A stretch of DNA of 64,000 bases, from the IMG/VR virus record IMGVR_UViG_3300048091_000425; one strand, given 5' to 3'. Made by a program: the position numbers and the translations under genes. This stretch comes from a virus. Within the stretch, counting starts at the first letter, position 1; each line of letters opens with the position of its first letter. Below are positions 36,128 to 45,530 of the stretch, one piece after another. Below the pieces are notes generated by a model. The model did not search any database and was not told where the DNA came from. It saw nothing but the letters and a program-made list of their open reading frames with translations.

Positions 36128-36304
36128 TCACTGACAAGCTTCACAATTTGGCTCCAAAATGGAGCACGCCTTAGGCATTTCCTGACCCTGGACGTCGCCG
36201 AGGAAGTCGTCGGTGGCACTATCTTCCGTATCCCAATCCATCAGCGGCTTGGCTTGGACTGCCTGGGCTTGTGCGGTTTCAGCGGGTTTGTTGGTGTTGC
36301 TCAT
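36128..36304 (-). CDS. 58-aa protein ending in a ribonucleotide-reductase-like tail (PKACSILEPNCEACQ)
   Basis: GGAG RBS; acidic linker then C-terminal CxxCQ. Confidence 0.72.
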   Translation of the reverse strand: MSNTNKPAETAQAQAVQAKPLMDWDTEDSATDDFLGDVQGQEMPKACSILEPNCEACQ

Positions 36305-36457
36305 GGGTTTTCTCCGAATGCGGATCAATTGATAGAGTCATCATAGAGAGTGCAGAAGCCTGAGAGCAAGTGGCCGTTCTGTAGCTCATGGTGTCAATTT
36401 AGCATCTTTTTTCTCCAACGCCCCTGAATCCGACTGATGGCATATTGAAGTCGAATT

Positions 36458-36479
36458 TATTTGCGGTATACTCGCAACA
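36458..36479 (+). promoter_or_regulatory. motif-A palindrome on promoter
   Basis: TATTTGCGGTATACTCGCAACA; TTGAAG-16-TATACT. Confidence 0.7.
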
Positions 36480-36497
36480 TACCGATTGGAGACCCCC

Positions 36498-36734
36498 ATG
36501 CACGCACTTCAGAAGTCCACGTCCACCCTCGCTTCCAAGCCGACCATGTCTGCGCCAATGCGGATGCAGCCGACCTATCCGGCCCTCGTCAAACAGCCTT
36601 CGGCCAGCCTGGAAACCCCGGTTGATAACCACCTGACCCGCGCTGACTTCCAGAATTTCCTCTCCGCGATTCAAGTTGGCCGCGTAGCACGTCAGCAGCG
36701 CATCGTAAAAAAGCTTTCTGACATGCATTTCTAA
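36498..36734 (+). CDS. small hypothetical protein
   Basis: ATTGGAGAC leader as at 29880/30346. Confidence 0.6.
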   Translation: MHALQKSTSTLASKPTMSAPMRMQPTYPALVKQPSASLETPVDNHLTRADFQNFLSAIQVGRVARQQRIVKKLSDMHF

Positions 36735-36744
36735 GAGGCATGCC

Positions 36745-36876
36745 ATGAAGCGTTTTACTTTTTTCACCATCAGTCAGCCGATCCTGATCTTCGCCTCTGA
36801 TCTGAATCATGCGTGGGAAAAGTTCACGCAAAGTGGTTATCACGCCTCAGAATGTCTGGCTACGAAGAGCAACTAA
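36745..36876 (+). CDS. 43-aa microprotein
   Basis: GAGG RBS; MKRFTFFTISQPILIFASDLNHAWEKFTQSGYHASECLATKSN. Confidence 0.5.
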   Translation: MKRFTFFTISQPILIFASDLNHAWEKFTQSGYHASECLATKSN

Positions 36877-36987
36877 GACCTGCGGCACCGAAGTCACTCG
36901 ATGACGGTGCCGAATAAACTAACTGTATTGCCAGCAACAATTGTTGTTATATTTCCACTCCCCAACTCAACTGCAAGGTGTTTGCGA

Positions 36988-37899
36988 ATGAAGCGTTCCG
37001 TTCTGTTTCTGACAACGGCGTCCATGCTGCTGGCCGCGTGCGACAACTCCACCCCTCCGCCTAAACCTGTGGCCGACATATCGACCACCATGGAGTCTGA
37101 GGAACCGGCTATTCAAAGCCAGGAAGTCAGTCAGCTTCGAGCGGAAAACGACGACCTGCGCAATGAACTGGCAAAACTCCAGGCCATCGACCCGACTGTC
37201 AAAGACGCGTACTACGGTGTCGATGAAAAAGGCGAGCGTGTGCTTAACGTCGTTCGCGAAGAAACCAACGGCGCCAGTGCCTCATCGCTTAGCAGTACAG
37301 TATGGCCGTTGCTCGGCGGCATGGCCGCTGGTGCGGTAATTGCCAAGATGGCCTCCAGTGGTGGCGTCTCCAATTACGCTTCTTACAACCCTCCAGCCCG
37401 CGCCCAATCTTTCTACAGCCGTGATGACGAGCGTGCCGAACGCAATCGTGCCTACGACAGCTACCGCAATCGCTATCAGAACCAGGCGCAGCCCAAGCAG
37501 GCGTACAACAGCTACACGAACGACCGTAGCAGCTACAACAACGACCGCAACAGCTTCAACCAGCCAAAACCTGCCGCCGTGGTTCAGCGCACTGTGAATG
37601 TGGCGTCACCGTCGACCGCAGTCGCTTCCGATCAGCAGAAGATTTCGCAGTATTACGCGCCGACCCGCCAGGCAGCGCCTTCCGGCAATGACTACAGTCG
37701 CCAGAACGCGACGACCAGTTATCAGCCGGCGAAGATCAGCACCCGTATCGAACCTGTTTACAAAGCCGCCCCGGCGCCTGCGTACAAGGCCCCGGCCTAC
37801 CAGGCTCCGAAGACCCAGGCTTACCAAGCTCCGAAAGCCCAGCCCTACAAGGCCCCGGCCTTCAAGACGTCTTCGAGCAGCGGGAGCCGTCGCCGATGA
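36988..37899 (+). CDS. YgiB/DUF1190-like lipoprotein with repetitive tail
   Basis: Lipobox LAAC; WPLLGGMAAGAVI; Y(K/Q)AP repeats; Ser/Arg C-terminus; overlaps GspS-like gene. Confidence 0.75.
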   Translation: MKRSVLFLTTASMLLAACDNSTPPPKPVADISTTMESEEPAIQSQEVSQLRAENDDLRNELAKLQAIDPTVKDAYYGVDEKGERVLNVVREETNGASASSLSSTVWPLLGGMAAGAVIAKMASSGGVSNYASYNPPARAQSFYSRDDERAERNRAYDSYRNRYQNQAQPKQAYNSYTNDRSSYNNDRNSFNQPKPAAVVQRTVNVASPSTAVASDQQKISQYYAPTRQAAPSGNDYSRQNATTSYQPAKISTRIEPVYKAAPAPAYKAPAYQAPKTQAYQAPKAQPYKAPAFKTSSSSGSRRR

Positions 37900-39209
37900 T
37901 CAAGCAAGACCACCGTGTCCGGTTTGACCTGAATCAGCTTGTCGGTGACAAGCTGCCCACCGTTAAGCAGATCATCGATATCAGCGCCCTGCAGGGGCAG
38001 TACGCGTTCCAGTTGAACAATCAGGACGCGCTGCCCTTCTACTCGATTCCGCAACACGCGGTCGAACAGGTGCAGGCGCAGGCCAACGACGCCTATCAGA
38101 TGATGATCGAAGCGCTGGATCAGCTGTTTTACAAGCCCTGGGACATTTGCGAGTACTTCGACAGCCCGCTGATCCGTGAGCATGGCCGGTACTTCATCCA
38201 CTATGCTCACCACACCTTCAAGTCCCGTGGGATGATCGGCCAATCCCTCAGCGGTCGTTTCGACATGGGGTTTGACCCGGACACCGACCGTGTCACCGGT
38301 ATCTACGAGTTCAACGGCGCCGTCACCGGCCTGCTGTTCGAGTCGACCAGTCTGCAGAACGATCTGGTGCAGCAAGTAACCGGTTCAAACCAGGCTCAGT
38401 TAAACGATTGGTCTCAATTGACAACGAATGCACTGGCCGCTTACAACCTGCAGCATGGGCGTCGCGTGGCCGTGGTCGCTAACCTGGCTTACCCGGAAGA
38501 TCTCACCAATGCCGAGCTTGTCTCTCAGTTGTTCGGCGCACACGCGGAAACGCACCTGCGCGATCTGTCTCAAGGCCCCTACTTTGAGCTGATGAACCCG
38601 ACCAAGCCCTGGATGTTGACCGTCGAGAACGAGCACGGTACGCAAGAATTGCCGTTGGACGTCATCTACCTTGACCTCCCATGGGATGAGATCGTCGAAG
38701 CCAGCCCTGAAGCTTTCCAGCAATGGAAGTCCTGGGCGGACAACGTGGCGTTCATCGAGCCGGCCTGGCGTTGGTTCATGTCCCACAAGGGCCTGATGGC
38801 CTACGTGACCCACTTGCTGGAAACCGATGAGGATTACCGGCGCCGCTGGCTGCATGTGCCGATGATCCCTACCCGCCTGACCCCGAATCATTTCCTGAGG
38901 CACGGCCTGCCGTTTGTGTCCAAACCCGCCCAGGGCTATGGATCTCAGAATATCGAGTTCTATGAGGCCAGCAGTCTGATGCATAGAACCGAGGGTGATT
39001 TGCGCGACATGCCGCAGGTGCACCAGGCGTATTGCCCGGCTGGATCCTTAGAGCCCGGCACGGTCTTTACCCTGGGTGTGTGGATGGCTTCCGGGTATCG
39101 AGGCCAAACCACCGATCACCCAGCCTATGCGTCGGCCCTGTGCATTCGCGAGTTCGACGAAAGCCTGGATCGCGACAGCGGACGGTGCCTGCCGCACATG
39201 ATCCGATAA
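37896..39209 (+). CDS. glutathionylspermidine synthase-like ATP-grasp ligase (YgiC-like)
   Basis: SLSGRFD, IYEFN, IEPAW, SHKGLM, VSKP, HQAY, GVWM, CIRE motifs. Confidence 0.85.
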   Translation: MIKQDHRVRFDLNQLVGDKLPTVKQIIDISALQGQYAFQLNNQDALPFYSIPQHAVEQVQAQANDAYQMMIEALDQLFYKPWDICEYFDSPLIREHGRYFIHYAHHTFKSRGMIGQSLSGRFDMGFDPDTDRVTGIYEFNGAVTGLLFESTSLQNDLVQQVTGSNQAQLNDWSQLTTNALAAYNLQHGRRVAVVANLAYPEDLTNAELVSQLFGAHAETHLRDLSQGPYFELMNPTKPWMLTVENEHGTQELPLDVIYLDLPWDEIVEASPEAFQQWKSWADNVAFIEPAWRWFMSHKGLMAYVTHLLETDEDYRRRWLHVPMIPTRLTPNHFLRHGLPFVSKPAQGYGSQNIEFYEASSLMHRTEGDLRDMPQVHQAYCPAGSLEPGTVFTLGVWMASGYRGQTTDHPAYASALCIREFDESLDRDSGRCLPHMIR

Positions 39210-39290
39210 ATAGCCCTTCGGGATGGTCGATCTCTCCCTTCATCAAGAGGGGTGACCATCCCACTGGTATCGGCGCTGACCGAAGACACA

Positions 39291-39316
39291 AAAATGCCCG
39301 GCTTGCCGGGCATCTT
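39291..39316. terminator. intrinsic terminator
   Basis: AAAATGCCCGG-CTTG-CCGGGCATCTT. Confidence 0.65.
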
Positions 39317-39335
39317 GTTTACTGAGAGCGGGAGA

Positions 39336-39614
39336 TCAGTCGCCGCGTCTGAAGTCGAGGTGGCTCACGTCAACGAAGGTTGGATTGGCGATCACCTTGG
39401 CCGCGTCTTCGTCATCTTGCCAGCTACGCGGATCCAGACTGCCAATGTATACGTAATCGCGACCGTCTTCAGTCAATGTCAAGGTAATTACCTCATCCTT
39501 ATCGAGATCGAGAGCGACGATTTCATTGCCGTAGAGCTTTAGGCCCTTGCCTAGGTTGTCCCTCAGCAGGCTTGAATAGGCACCGTACATTTCTTTGAAC
39601 GAAATACTGACCAT
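39336..39614 (-). CDS. hypothetical protein
   Basis: 92-aa ORF. Confidence 0.65.
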   Translation of the reverse strand: MVSISFKEMYGAYSSLLRDNLGKGLKLYGNEIVALDLDKDEVITLTLTEDGRDYVYIGSLDPRSWQDDEDAAKVIANPTFVDVSHLDFRRGD

Positions 39615-39630
39615 GCTGGAAACCTCTTTC

Positions 39631-39984
39631 TTAGTTGATGAGCCACAAAATTTGGTCGTAGACGCGGCCCGACTTTGTCACTAGAGCCACAACCACCAGA
39701 CCGATAACCGACAGGCTAAAGGACAGGACAGACAGGAGGGTCTTGAGACGCGGGGTGTTCTTGAAATTGATGTTCGACAGGTCGCACCAGATCTGCAACG
39801 TGAAGTAGGAGACCACGATCAGCGTGTTACCGAAGGCGCTGCTCACAGGGTCGTTCTCTAGATAGCCAGCCAGGAGCATGAACGCAGCCGCCCCGGCAAT
39901 CAGCAGGGCTGTTTTACGCAAAGGCGCACAGGTCACCTTGCTGAACTCAAAGTATTCGCCGCTTTCAGTGGCCTTGTTAGTCAT
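39631..39984 (-). CDS. three-helix membrane protein
   Basis: Hydrophobic segments. Confidence 0.68.
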   Translation of the reverse strand: MTNKATESGEYFEFSKVTCAPLRKTALLIAGAAAFMLLAGYLENDPVSSAFGNTLIVVSYFTLQIWCDLSNINFKNTPRLKTLLSVLSFSLSVIGLVVVALVTKSGRVYDQILWLIN

Positions 39985-40039
39985 GAGGTTCGCCCTTTTG
40001 CAGGTGACTTAATGTAGGAGAATTGTATAACGCTAGGGG

Positions 40040-40075
40040 TTTACACGCAAGTTTATTATGACTATAGTGACAACA
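40040..40075 (+). promoter_or_regulatory. sigma70 promoter with motif A
   Basis: TTTACA-17-TATAGT; TATTATGACTATAGTGACAACA 40054-40075. Confidence 0.8.
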
Positions 40076-40095
40076 TTCCAACGAGGAACACGCTC

Positions 40096-40635
40096 ATGCC
40101 GACTGACAACAGAATCTTCACCTACACCGAGAAAGAACGTGCGCACTACAGCACCTTGAACTTTATCGACAGTGGTCGAACCTACGTTTTGGCTGTCGGT
40201 GTGGACTCTCAAGAATCCATTTCGGCATTGGTTCCACAAATCCAGGCCGTCTATGACGACAGCAGCCGCGCTCCTGATGGTCAGTTCACCGTTCGCCAGA
40301 TGGGTGAGTCGGCTGTCTGCGTTGTCTTCACCCGTAACTGTGCTGCCGATGCGGACGCTATCGGCATTTGCTCAAGTCAGTTGAAGCCGAGCAGCGCCGC
40401 CCGGCAACTGGCCCGCGAGTTCGCGCCGGTCGACGGGGATGCTCCTTTTATCGCCTCCCTTCATGCTGCACTGGTCGCTTTTGCTGACAAACACATGAGC
40501 GAAAAAGAAATCAACAATCGCCTTGAGGAACTGGAAATGTCCCTCAACGGCGATGAAACCGACGATGACACCCGTTCTGATGTTTTGGACGAGATCGCTG
40601 AGCTTGAATCGCGTCTCCCTGACTCTCAGGCCTAA
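40096..40635 (+). CDS. hypothetical protein
   Basis: GAGGA RBS, 179 aa. Confidence 0.75.
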   Translation: MPTDNRIFTYTEKERAHYSTLNFIDSGRTYVLAVGVDSQESISALVPQIQAVYDDSSRAPDGQFTVRQMGESAVCVVFTRNCAADADAIGICSSQLKPSSAARQLAREFAPVDGDAPFIASLHAALVAFADKHMSEKEINNRLEELEMSLNGDETDDDTRSDVLDEIAELESRLPDSQA

Positions 40636-40646
40636 GGAGCAACACC

Positions 40647-41030
40647 ATGTGTAAAGAACTCAGCACCGCCTGCAAAGCCTGCCCTTGGCGCGTTGACAGC
40701 CCACGCGGCTGGTTGGGCGCGAGCAGCCCTGTGGAATTCCTGCAGCAAAGCAAGGCTGAGTTGCGCATGCCCTGCCACTTGCACGTCGACTATGAGCAGG
40801 ATGACTGGCAGGAACAGGCTGACCAGGCCCCGCAGTGCGCCGGTCGTGCAATCCACATGGCCAACCGCTGCAAAGTTCCGATGAACCCTGAATTGATCAA
40901 GGCAAAGGCGGATCGCGCTGCCGTGTTCAGCAACCCTCAGGATTTCATCGACCATCACAGCATTGGTGCCGAAAAGCCGGTCATCATGATTGTCATGGGC
41001 CAGGTTTCTGTCATCGGGAGCAAGTCATGA
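40647..41030 (+). CDS. Cys/His-rich phage-type protein
   Basis: CKACPWR, MPCH, QCAG, NRCK; AAGGAG RBS. Confidence 0.75.
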   Translation: MCKELSTACKACPWRVDSPRGWLGASSPVEFLQQSKAELRMPCHLHVDYEQDDWQEQADQAPQCAGRAIHMANRCKVPMNPELIKAKADRAAVFSNPQDFIDHHSIGAEKPVIMIVMGQVSVIGSKS

Positions 41031-41404
41031 GCCAACAGAGCGAGCTGATGCGCACGGGCGTTCGCTACGTCATCACGTTTAACAACGCGGCGAGCCACCT
41101 ACGGTATCGGGAGTCCGACAAGGAATCTGGCCCCTTCGACTACTACCGCATTGGCGGTCACCAGGGCGATTCTGTGACTTTCATCCTCAACCACCGCGTT
41201 ATGGTCGTTGAGGCTGATATGCATGCCGACGTGCGGTTGAATGTCACCTTCGATGCCGCCCGCTCGGGTCTGTTCCGAGACTTCTGCAAAGCCCACCTGG
41301 CCGCCATCGAGCTGGAGGGCGGGAAGGCCTTCATGCGTTTCTACGACAATGAATGGTCGCCGAAGGCTTCTTTCGAAGTGCCCATGCAGCTCGTCCGCAA
41401 ATAA
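41027..41404 (+). CDS. hypothetical protein
   Basis: ATGA-coupled ORF. Confidence 0.7.
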   Translation: MSQQSELMRTGVRYVITFNNAASHLRYRESDKESGPFDYYRIGGHQGDSVTFILNHRVMVVEADMHADVRLNVTFDAARSGLFRDFCKAHLAAIELEGGKAFMRFYDNEWSPKASFEVPMQLVRK

Positions 41405-41415
41405 TAAGGAAATCG

Positions 41416-41616
41416 ATGATGGCAACCACCGCAGCGGCCTACGCAACACAACAGGGCATTTCGATCAGCACCGCTCGAAAGCGCCTGACTGAAATGGTTG
41501 AGGCTGGCCTGGCTACCGTTTCGTACAACGTCATCATCGGCCAGGGTTCCCGCAAGCGTGGGGCTCGAAGCCACATGGTCTCGATCCGAGGCAACCTGTA
41601 CAACATCAGTCAATAG
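41416..41616 (+). CDS. small winged-HTH-like protein
   Basis: YATQQGISISTARKRLTEMVEAGLA. Confidence 0.62.
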   Translation: MMATTAAAYATQQGISISTARKRLTEMVEAGLATVSYNVIIGQGSRKRGARSHMVSIRGNLYNISQ

Positions 41617-41627
41617 GATCGACTTGT

Positions 41628-41876
41628 ATGGAACTTTGGTGGAAACAATACACCCGTTGGCGGGCCCGGAATTTCATTGGGCTCAACCGGGATTACGGCG
41701 ATGGCTACCTGTACCGCATCGAGTACCACGATGGCCGGCACTGGCGGACGGATTGTCCACAAAGCCTGCGGTTTGGCAACAAAGAGGCCGCCGAGGCCTA
41801 CATCCGCAAACGCGGTTTCGAGCCGGAACCGTACAACGAAAGCGAAAAAACCGTGAGGTGGTGGCGTGAGCGCTAA
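41628..41876 (+). CDS. hypothetical protein
   Basis: 82-aa ORF in operon. Confidence 0.62.
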   Translation: MELWWKQYTRWRARNFIGLNRDYGDGYLYRIEYHDGRHWRTDCPQSLRFGNKEAAEAYIRKRGFEPEPYNESEKTVRWWRER

Positions 41877-42324
41877 TATTTCGACTGAATTGCCAGATCC
41901 TGCGAAGCTGATCATTACCCCGGCTATGTGCGAAGCCGGCGACCTGGCCGCAGGAAACCTTATCACCGCAGGCGTGGCCGAAACCATGAATGGCCTTGGC
42001 GGAAGCATGAAGAAGGACGAAGCCCCGCCAGAAATCAGCCAGTACTTTGGCCGGACGGAGTCCAGCGTTGTGCTGATGTTCATGGCCATGGACGCTGTCG
42101 CACCGGAACCCTTTGCACAACCCGTGTCAGAAGGCATGGAAAAGGCCGGTTCAGACATGCTGGCCTTGATGTTCGACGTAACCATGTTGCGTCATATGCG
42201 AAAGAACGACCCTGAATTCGATCTGGCCGACTTGACGAAGGATGAACTGGCCCTGCTTGATGACCCCAATCCTCCGGTTTACTTGATGTACCAGGCGATG
42301 ATCCAACACGCCAAGGCAAACTAA
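41866..42324 (+). CDS. hypothetical protein
   Basis: GAGG RBS, GTG start. Confidence 0.68.
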   Translation: MSANISTELPDPAKLIITPAMCEAGDLAAGNLITAGVAETMNGLGGSMKKDEAPPEISQYFGRTESSVVLMFMAMDAVAPEPFAQPVSEGMEKAGSDMLALMFDVTMLRHMRKNDPEFDLADLTKDELALLDDPNPPVYLMYQAMIQHAKAN

Positions 42325-42332
42325 CTTTCGAG

Positions 42333-42662
42333 GTGGCCATGACAGCTCTCAGCAACCCCCAGCGCCGTAACCTGGCCATGGCGATCATCCGCTACCGCTC
42401 CCGCGTCGGCGGGCTCGGCATGCTGGTCAACAACAAATGGTGCGCGATCATTAAGCGCTCGCCCGAGCTGAAGGCTCTTATCAAGAAAAAGCTGGTGGTT
42501 CAGGTGCGCCGCGAGGCTCTGGGCCGCAAGCGTGAGACCTATCTGGTGCCAGCCGACGGCATCACGTTGGAAACCGCGCCGGGTTGCCCGGAGTGCGGCA
42601 GGCCCCTCACCCACTTCCGTGCACTGATGAGCGACAGCGGCAGCGTCTGCTATCACCAATAA
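42333..42662 (+). CDS. basic protein with C-terminal CPEC zinc ribbon
   Basis: 109-aa ORF. Confidence 0.65.
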   Translation: MAMTALSNPQRRNLAMAIIRYRSRVGGLGMLVNNKWCAIIKRSPELKALIKKKLVVQVRREALGRKRETYLVPADGITLETAPGCPECGRPLTHFRALMSDSGSVCYHQ

Positions 42663-42690
42663 TCCACCCATAACACCCAAGGGACTGAAA

Positions 42691-43482
42691 ATGCCTCAAA
42701 ACAAGAATTTCGTTGAACGCAGCGTGGGTGCTGACCAAGAATTGCCGTTCGAGACGCTGAAGTTCAACGACATGCGCAATGCCGACGGCAGTCAAGGTGA
42801 TTGGTTTACCCACATCCTGCTCAGTTACACACCTAAACTTGAATTAGACCAGTTGACCGACGACCCAGGATTTAACCCTGAGAGGATGCAGGTCACTATT
42901 CACGTCAACGATGTTCGCATCACCCACGCGACATTCGAGGCGATGATTTCTGAATTCAGCGGCAGGATGCTGCTGCAGCGGGTTCAACGTGCCCGCCTGG
43001 ACAGCTTTGAAGACGCGGTAAAAATCAAAGCCGAGCAATTGCTGCGTGACTCCATTGGAGCGCTGCAGGACAACGCGTACAAGCTGGTGGAGAACCTGGG
43101 GCACCTCGCCGATCAAAGCAGCACGATTATCGAAAACGTCTGGAATGCACCGTACATGCATCACATCGACGCCAAAATGAAGCGCGCAGGCCTGAACGCC
43201 ATTGAACACTTCGGCCCGCTCGATCCCAATGACGTTCAACGGATACAGCTAGCCGAAAGGGTTTATCGCGCCATGATGACCGCTCGGCCAAAGTACCCGG
43301 TCAACTCTATGAAGGTCACACTCCCCGCCGTTTTGCCCCTAGAGTCGGTAACTGGCAGCCCCCAGGCTGACCTGATCGCCCAAGGCCGTCAGCAGATGCT
43401 GGACGAGGTTATGGCCGCGCTGGACGCCCAGGGTATTTTGTTTCACCGCGAGCCGCGTCAGCCCGAGGAAAACCAGAGCTGA
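42691..43482 (+). CDS. hypothetical protein
   Basis: 263-aa ORF. Confidence 0.75.
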   Translation: MPQNKNFVERSVGADQELPFETLKFNDMRNADGSQGDWFTHILLSYTPKLELDQLTDDPGFNPERMQVTIHVNDVRITHATFEAMISEFSGRMLLQRVQRARLDSFEDAVKIKAEQLLRDSIGALQDNAYKLVENLGHLADQSSTIIENVWNAPYMHHIDAKMKRAGLNAIEHFGPLDPNDVQRIQLAERVYRAMMTARPKYPVNSMKVTLPAVLPLESVTGSPQADLIAQGRQQMLDEVMAALDAQGILFHREPRQPEENQS

Positions 43483-43511
43483 TAATTTGATGTCAATTCA
43501 TCATAATTGTT

Positions 43512-43547
43512 TTGACCCTCCGGCATGTTATGACTATACTCACAACA
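43512..43547 (+). promoter_or_regulatory. sigma70 promoter with motif A
   Basis: TTGACC-17-TATACT; TGTTATGACTATACTCACAACA 43526-43547. Confidence 0.82.
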
Positions 43548-43584
43548 TCAGCCGGGGTGGTCAGTTCCACCCCTTTAGCCAGAG

Positions 43585-43875
43585 GTGGTCATCATGAGTC
43601 AATTGCATACCCAGTCCCCAAAACGCTTTGTTGCACTGGCCGATGCCATGGCGGTTAAGCATTACGGGTTGGACGCAAACGAGTTCAACGTTGACGAAGA
43701 AACCGCCCTGCAGCACATTCAGGATGGCCTGAGTGTGATCGACGTTCTGAACGCTGCTGCAGACGCTTTTGACCTCGACCGATTGGACATTGATAGCTTT
43801 GTCCCTTCTAAACGCCCGCTAACCGAAGAAGATCTGAATACGGCTGATGCAGAACTGGCAGCCGATATCCAATAA
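43585..43875 (+). CDS. acidic hypothetical protein
   Basis: 96-aa ORF. Confidence 0.68.
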   Translation: MVIMSQLHTQSPKRFVALADAMAVKHYGLDANEFNVDEETALQHIQDGLSVIDVLNAAADAFDLDRLDIDSFVPSKRPLTEEDLNTADAELAADIQ

Positions 43876-43915
43876 GCCGCATGGCTAACCCATAAACTCA
43901 CTTTCAGGAACTGTC

Positions 43916-44293
43916 ATGCGCAAACGTACCCTTAAACAGACCAGCGCCTATCGCAACGGTGCCCTCACGATCCTGCGAAATGCCGGTGCACAGATCAACG
44001 AGAGCGGGCATAAGATGTACACCGTGGAAACCACGCTCGGGACGCTGGAAATCTCGGTTTGGAACGCCTCCATCATGTGCATGTTTGACGATGTGGCCCG
44101 CGCCAAAGAGCATTTCGGCTCGTCTCCCCACGGTAAACTTAACCCGCACTCTGGCAAGTGGAACTGGATGGGCGGCATGACGCACGAAGGCGACATGATC
44201 GACCTCGGCGACTTCTCCAATGCTTTAGAGCGAATTCTGCCTGAATCGCGCACGCCAAACCCTACCCTGCCGCTTGCACCCTACGCAGCCTGA
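43916..44293 (+). CDS. hypothetical protein
   Basis: AGGA RBS; LNPHSGKWNW motif. Confidence 0.72.
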   Translation: MRKRTLKQTSAYRNGALTILRNAGAQINESGHKMYTVETTLGTLEISVWNASIMCMFDDVARAKEHFGSSPHGKLNPHSGKWNWMGGMTHEGDMIDLGDFSNALERILPESRTPNPTLPLAPYAA

Positions 44294-44304
44294 AGGAGAT
44301 CGAC

Positions 44305-44775
44305 ATGAGCACCTACCGCCCAAAACGCGCCTCCGCTCGCTGGATGGAAGACGCACCCGCTTATGTGCTGAGCATTCACGATTCCGGCGAAAAGGTTAAT
44401 GACCGGTACACCGTCTGTTTCGGCTGGCCACTGTGGGAAGAGCGCATGGGCCGCACCGTGCCGTACCTGGGCTTCAATGAAAACCCAACGTCCCCGAACA
44501 TGGGTGTCAGCCAGTTCGGTGAGTGCGATGCCCACCGCCAAGGCCTGGGTAAGAAAATCCGCTGGAATGATCTTCCTGTGGAGCTGCGCAAACACGTGAA
44601 AACCCGAGTTGAAGGCAGTCCTGATGGGGTCATCGTGGCCAAGTTACAGCGAGACACCTCTCTGTGCTGGGTCTTGAAGTCAGAAAGCGGCCAAGTCACT
44701 TATGGAACCAGGTTCAAGACAAAAGCCGAGGCCAATCAGTACGCCCAAGAGCATTTGATCGTAGTCACCAGTTAA
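44305..44775 (+). CDS. phage-like hypothetical protein
   Basis: AAGGAG RBS; HDSG..DRYTV..LGKKIRWNDLP. Confidence 0.75.
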   Translation: MSTYRPKRASARWMEDAPAYVLSIHDSGEKVNDRYTVCFGWPLWEERMGRTVPYLGFNENPTSPNMGVSQFGECDAHRQGLGKKIRWNDLPVELRKHVKTRVEGSPDGVIVAKLQRDTSLCWVLKSESGQVTYGTRFKTKAEANQYAQEHLIVVTS

Positions 44776-44805
44776 GCAAAAAAATCTGTCAATTGATTGT
44801 ATATG

Positions 44806-44840
44806 TTGCTTCAGTTGGTGTTTAGAGTATACTCGCAACA
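44806..44840 (+). promoter_or_regulatory. promoter with motif A
   Basis: TTGCTT-16-TATACT; TGTTTAGAGTATACTCGCAACA 44819-44840. Confidence 0.78.
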
Positions 44841-44868
44841 CACAACTGAAGTAGCAGGAATTGACACC

Positions 44869-45099
44869 ATGCGTAGACGTGTAACCCTCGCCCAGGCTGG
44901 GTACGAGCTGGTCAAATCTCTTGGCGAAGGCCGTCATATTATCACCCAGGGTGGGAATTCCCACGAAGAATGGGTTGAGAAACTGGACGGTGGTCGTACC
45001 ATCGGCAACCTGTCCATGGACGGTAAGCCCCTGACCTTCATCCAGAGCTTTTGCAAGCCTGACTGCTGCTGCAACTTCTGCGTAGGACACATCGGATGA
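44869..45099 (+). CDS. small protein with C-terminal Cys cluster
   Basis: AGGA RBS; FCKPDCCCNFC. Confidence 0.62.
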   Translation: MRRRVTLAQAGYELVKSLGEGRHIITQGGNSHEEWVEKLDGGRTIGNLSMDGKPLTFIQSFCKPDCCCNFCVGHIG

Positions 45100-45503
45100 G
45101 CCATATGCCTTTGCCTTTTACGTTCAATCAAGACGCCGCCACCGAGCATCAGGGCCCGCTCAATACCAAGATTGAGTACACCTATCACTGCGCTCGCAAC
45201 TTTGGGACGGAAGGCACCATCGTCGTCGCCGGACAAGCCTCTCCTGAGGCCCTGCAAGTCATCGCGACCAAGCTTTACGAACGGGAATGCTTTCTACCCA
45301 AGCAAGTCGGCATTGATAGCCTGACCCCGGACGAAGACAGCGACGAATACGTCGCCGAGCTGGATCATCCGCTGCACAAATTTGAAGTGTTCAGCTTGAC
45401 CGAGGAAGCACCCACCGTGCTCCTCACGTTTGAACAACTCTTTGAAACTTTCCAGGGCATCAACAGCGATTTCGACTGGAATTTCCAGAAGTTCGGCCTT
45501 TAA
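45096..45503 (+). CDS. acidic hypothetical protein
   Basis: ATGA-coupled ORF. Confidence 0.7.
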   Translation: MSHMPLPFTFNQDAATEHQGPLNTKIEYTYHCARNFGTEGTIVVAGQASPEALQVIATKLYERECFLPKQVGIDSLTPDEDSDEYVAELDHPLHKFEVFSLTEEAPTVLLTFEQLFETFQGINSDFDWNFQKFGL

Positions 45504-45530
45504 TTCACGCGATAAAATGGAGCTGTACCG

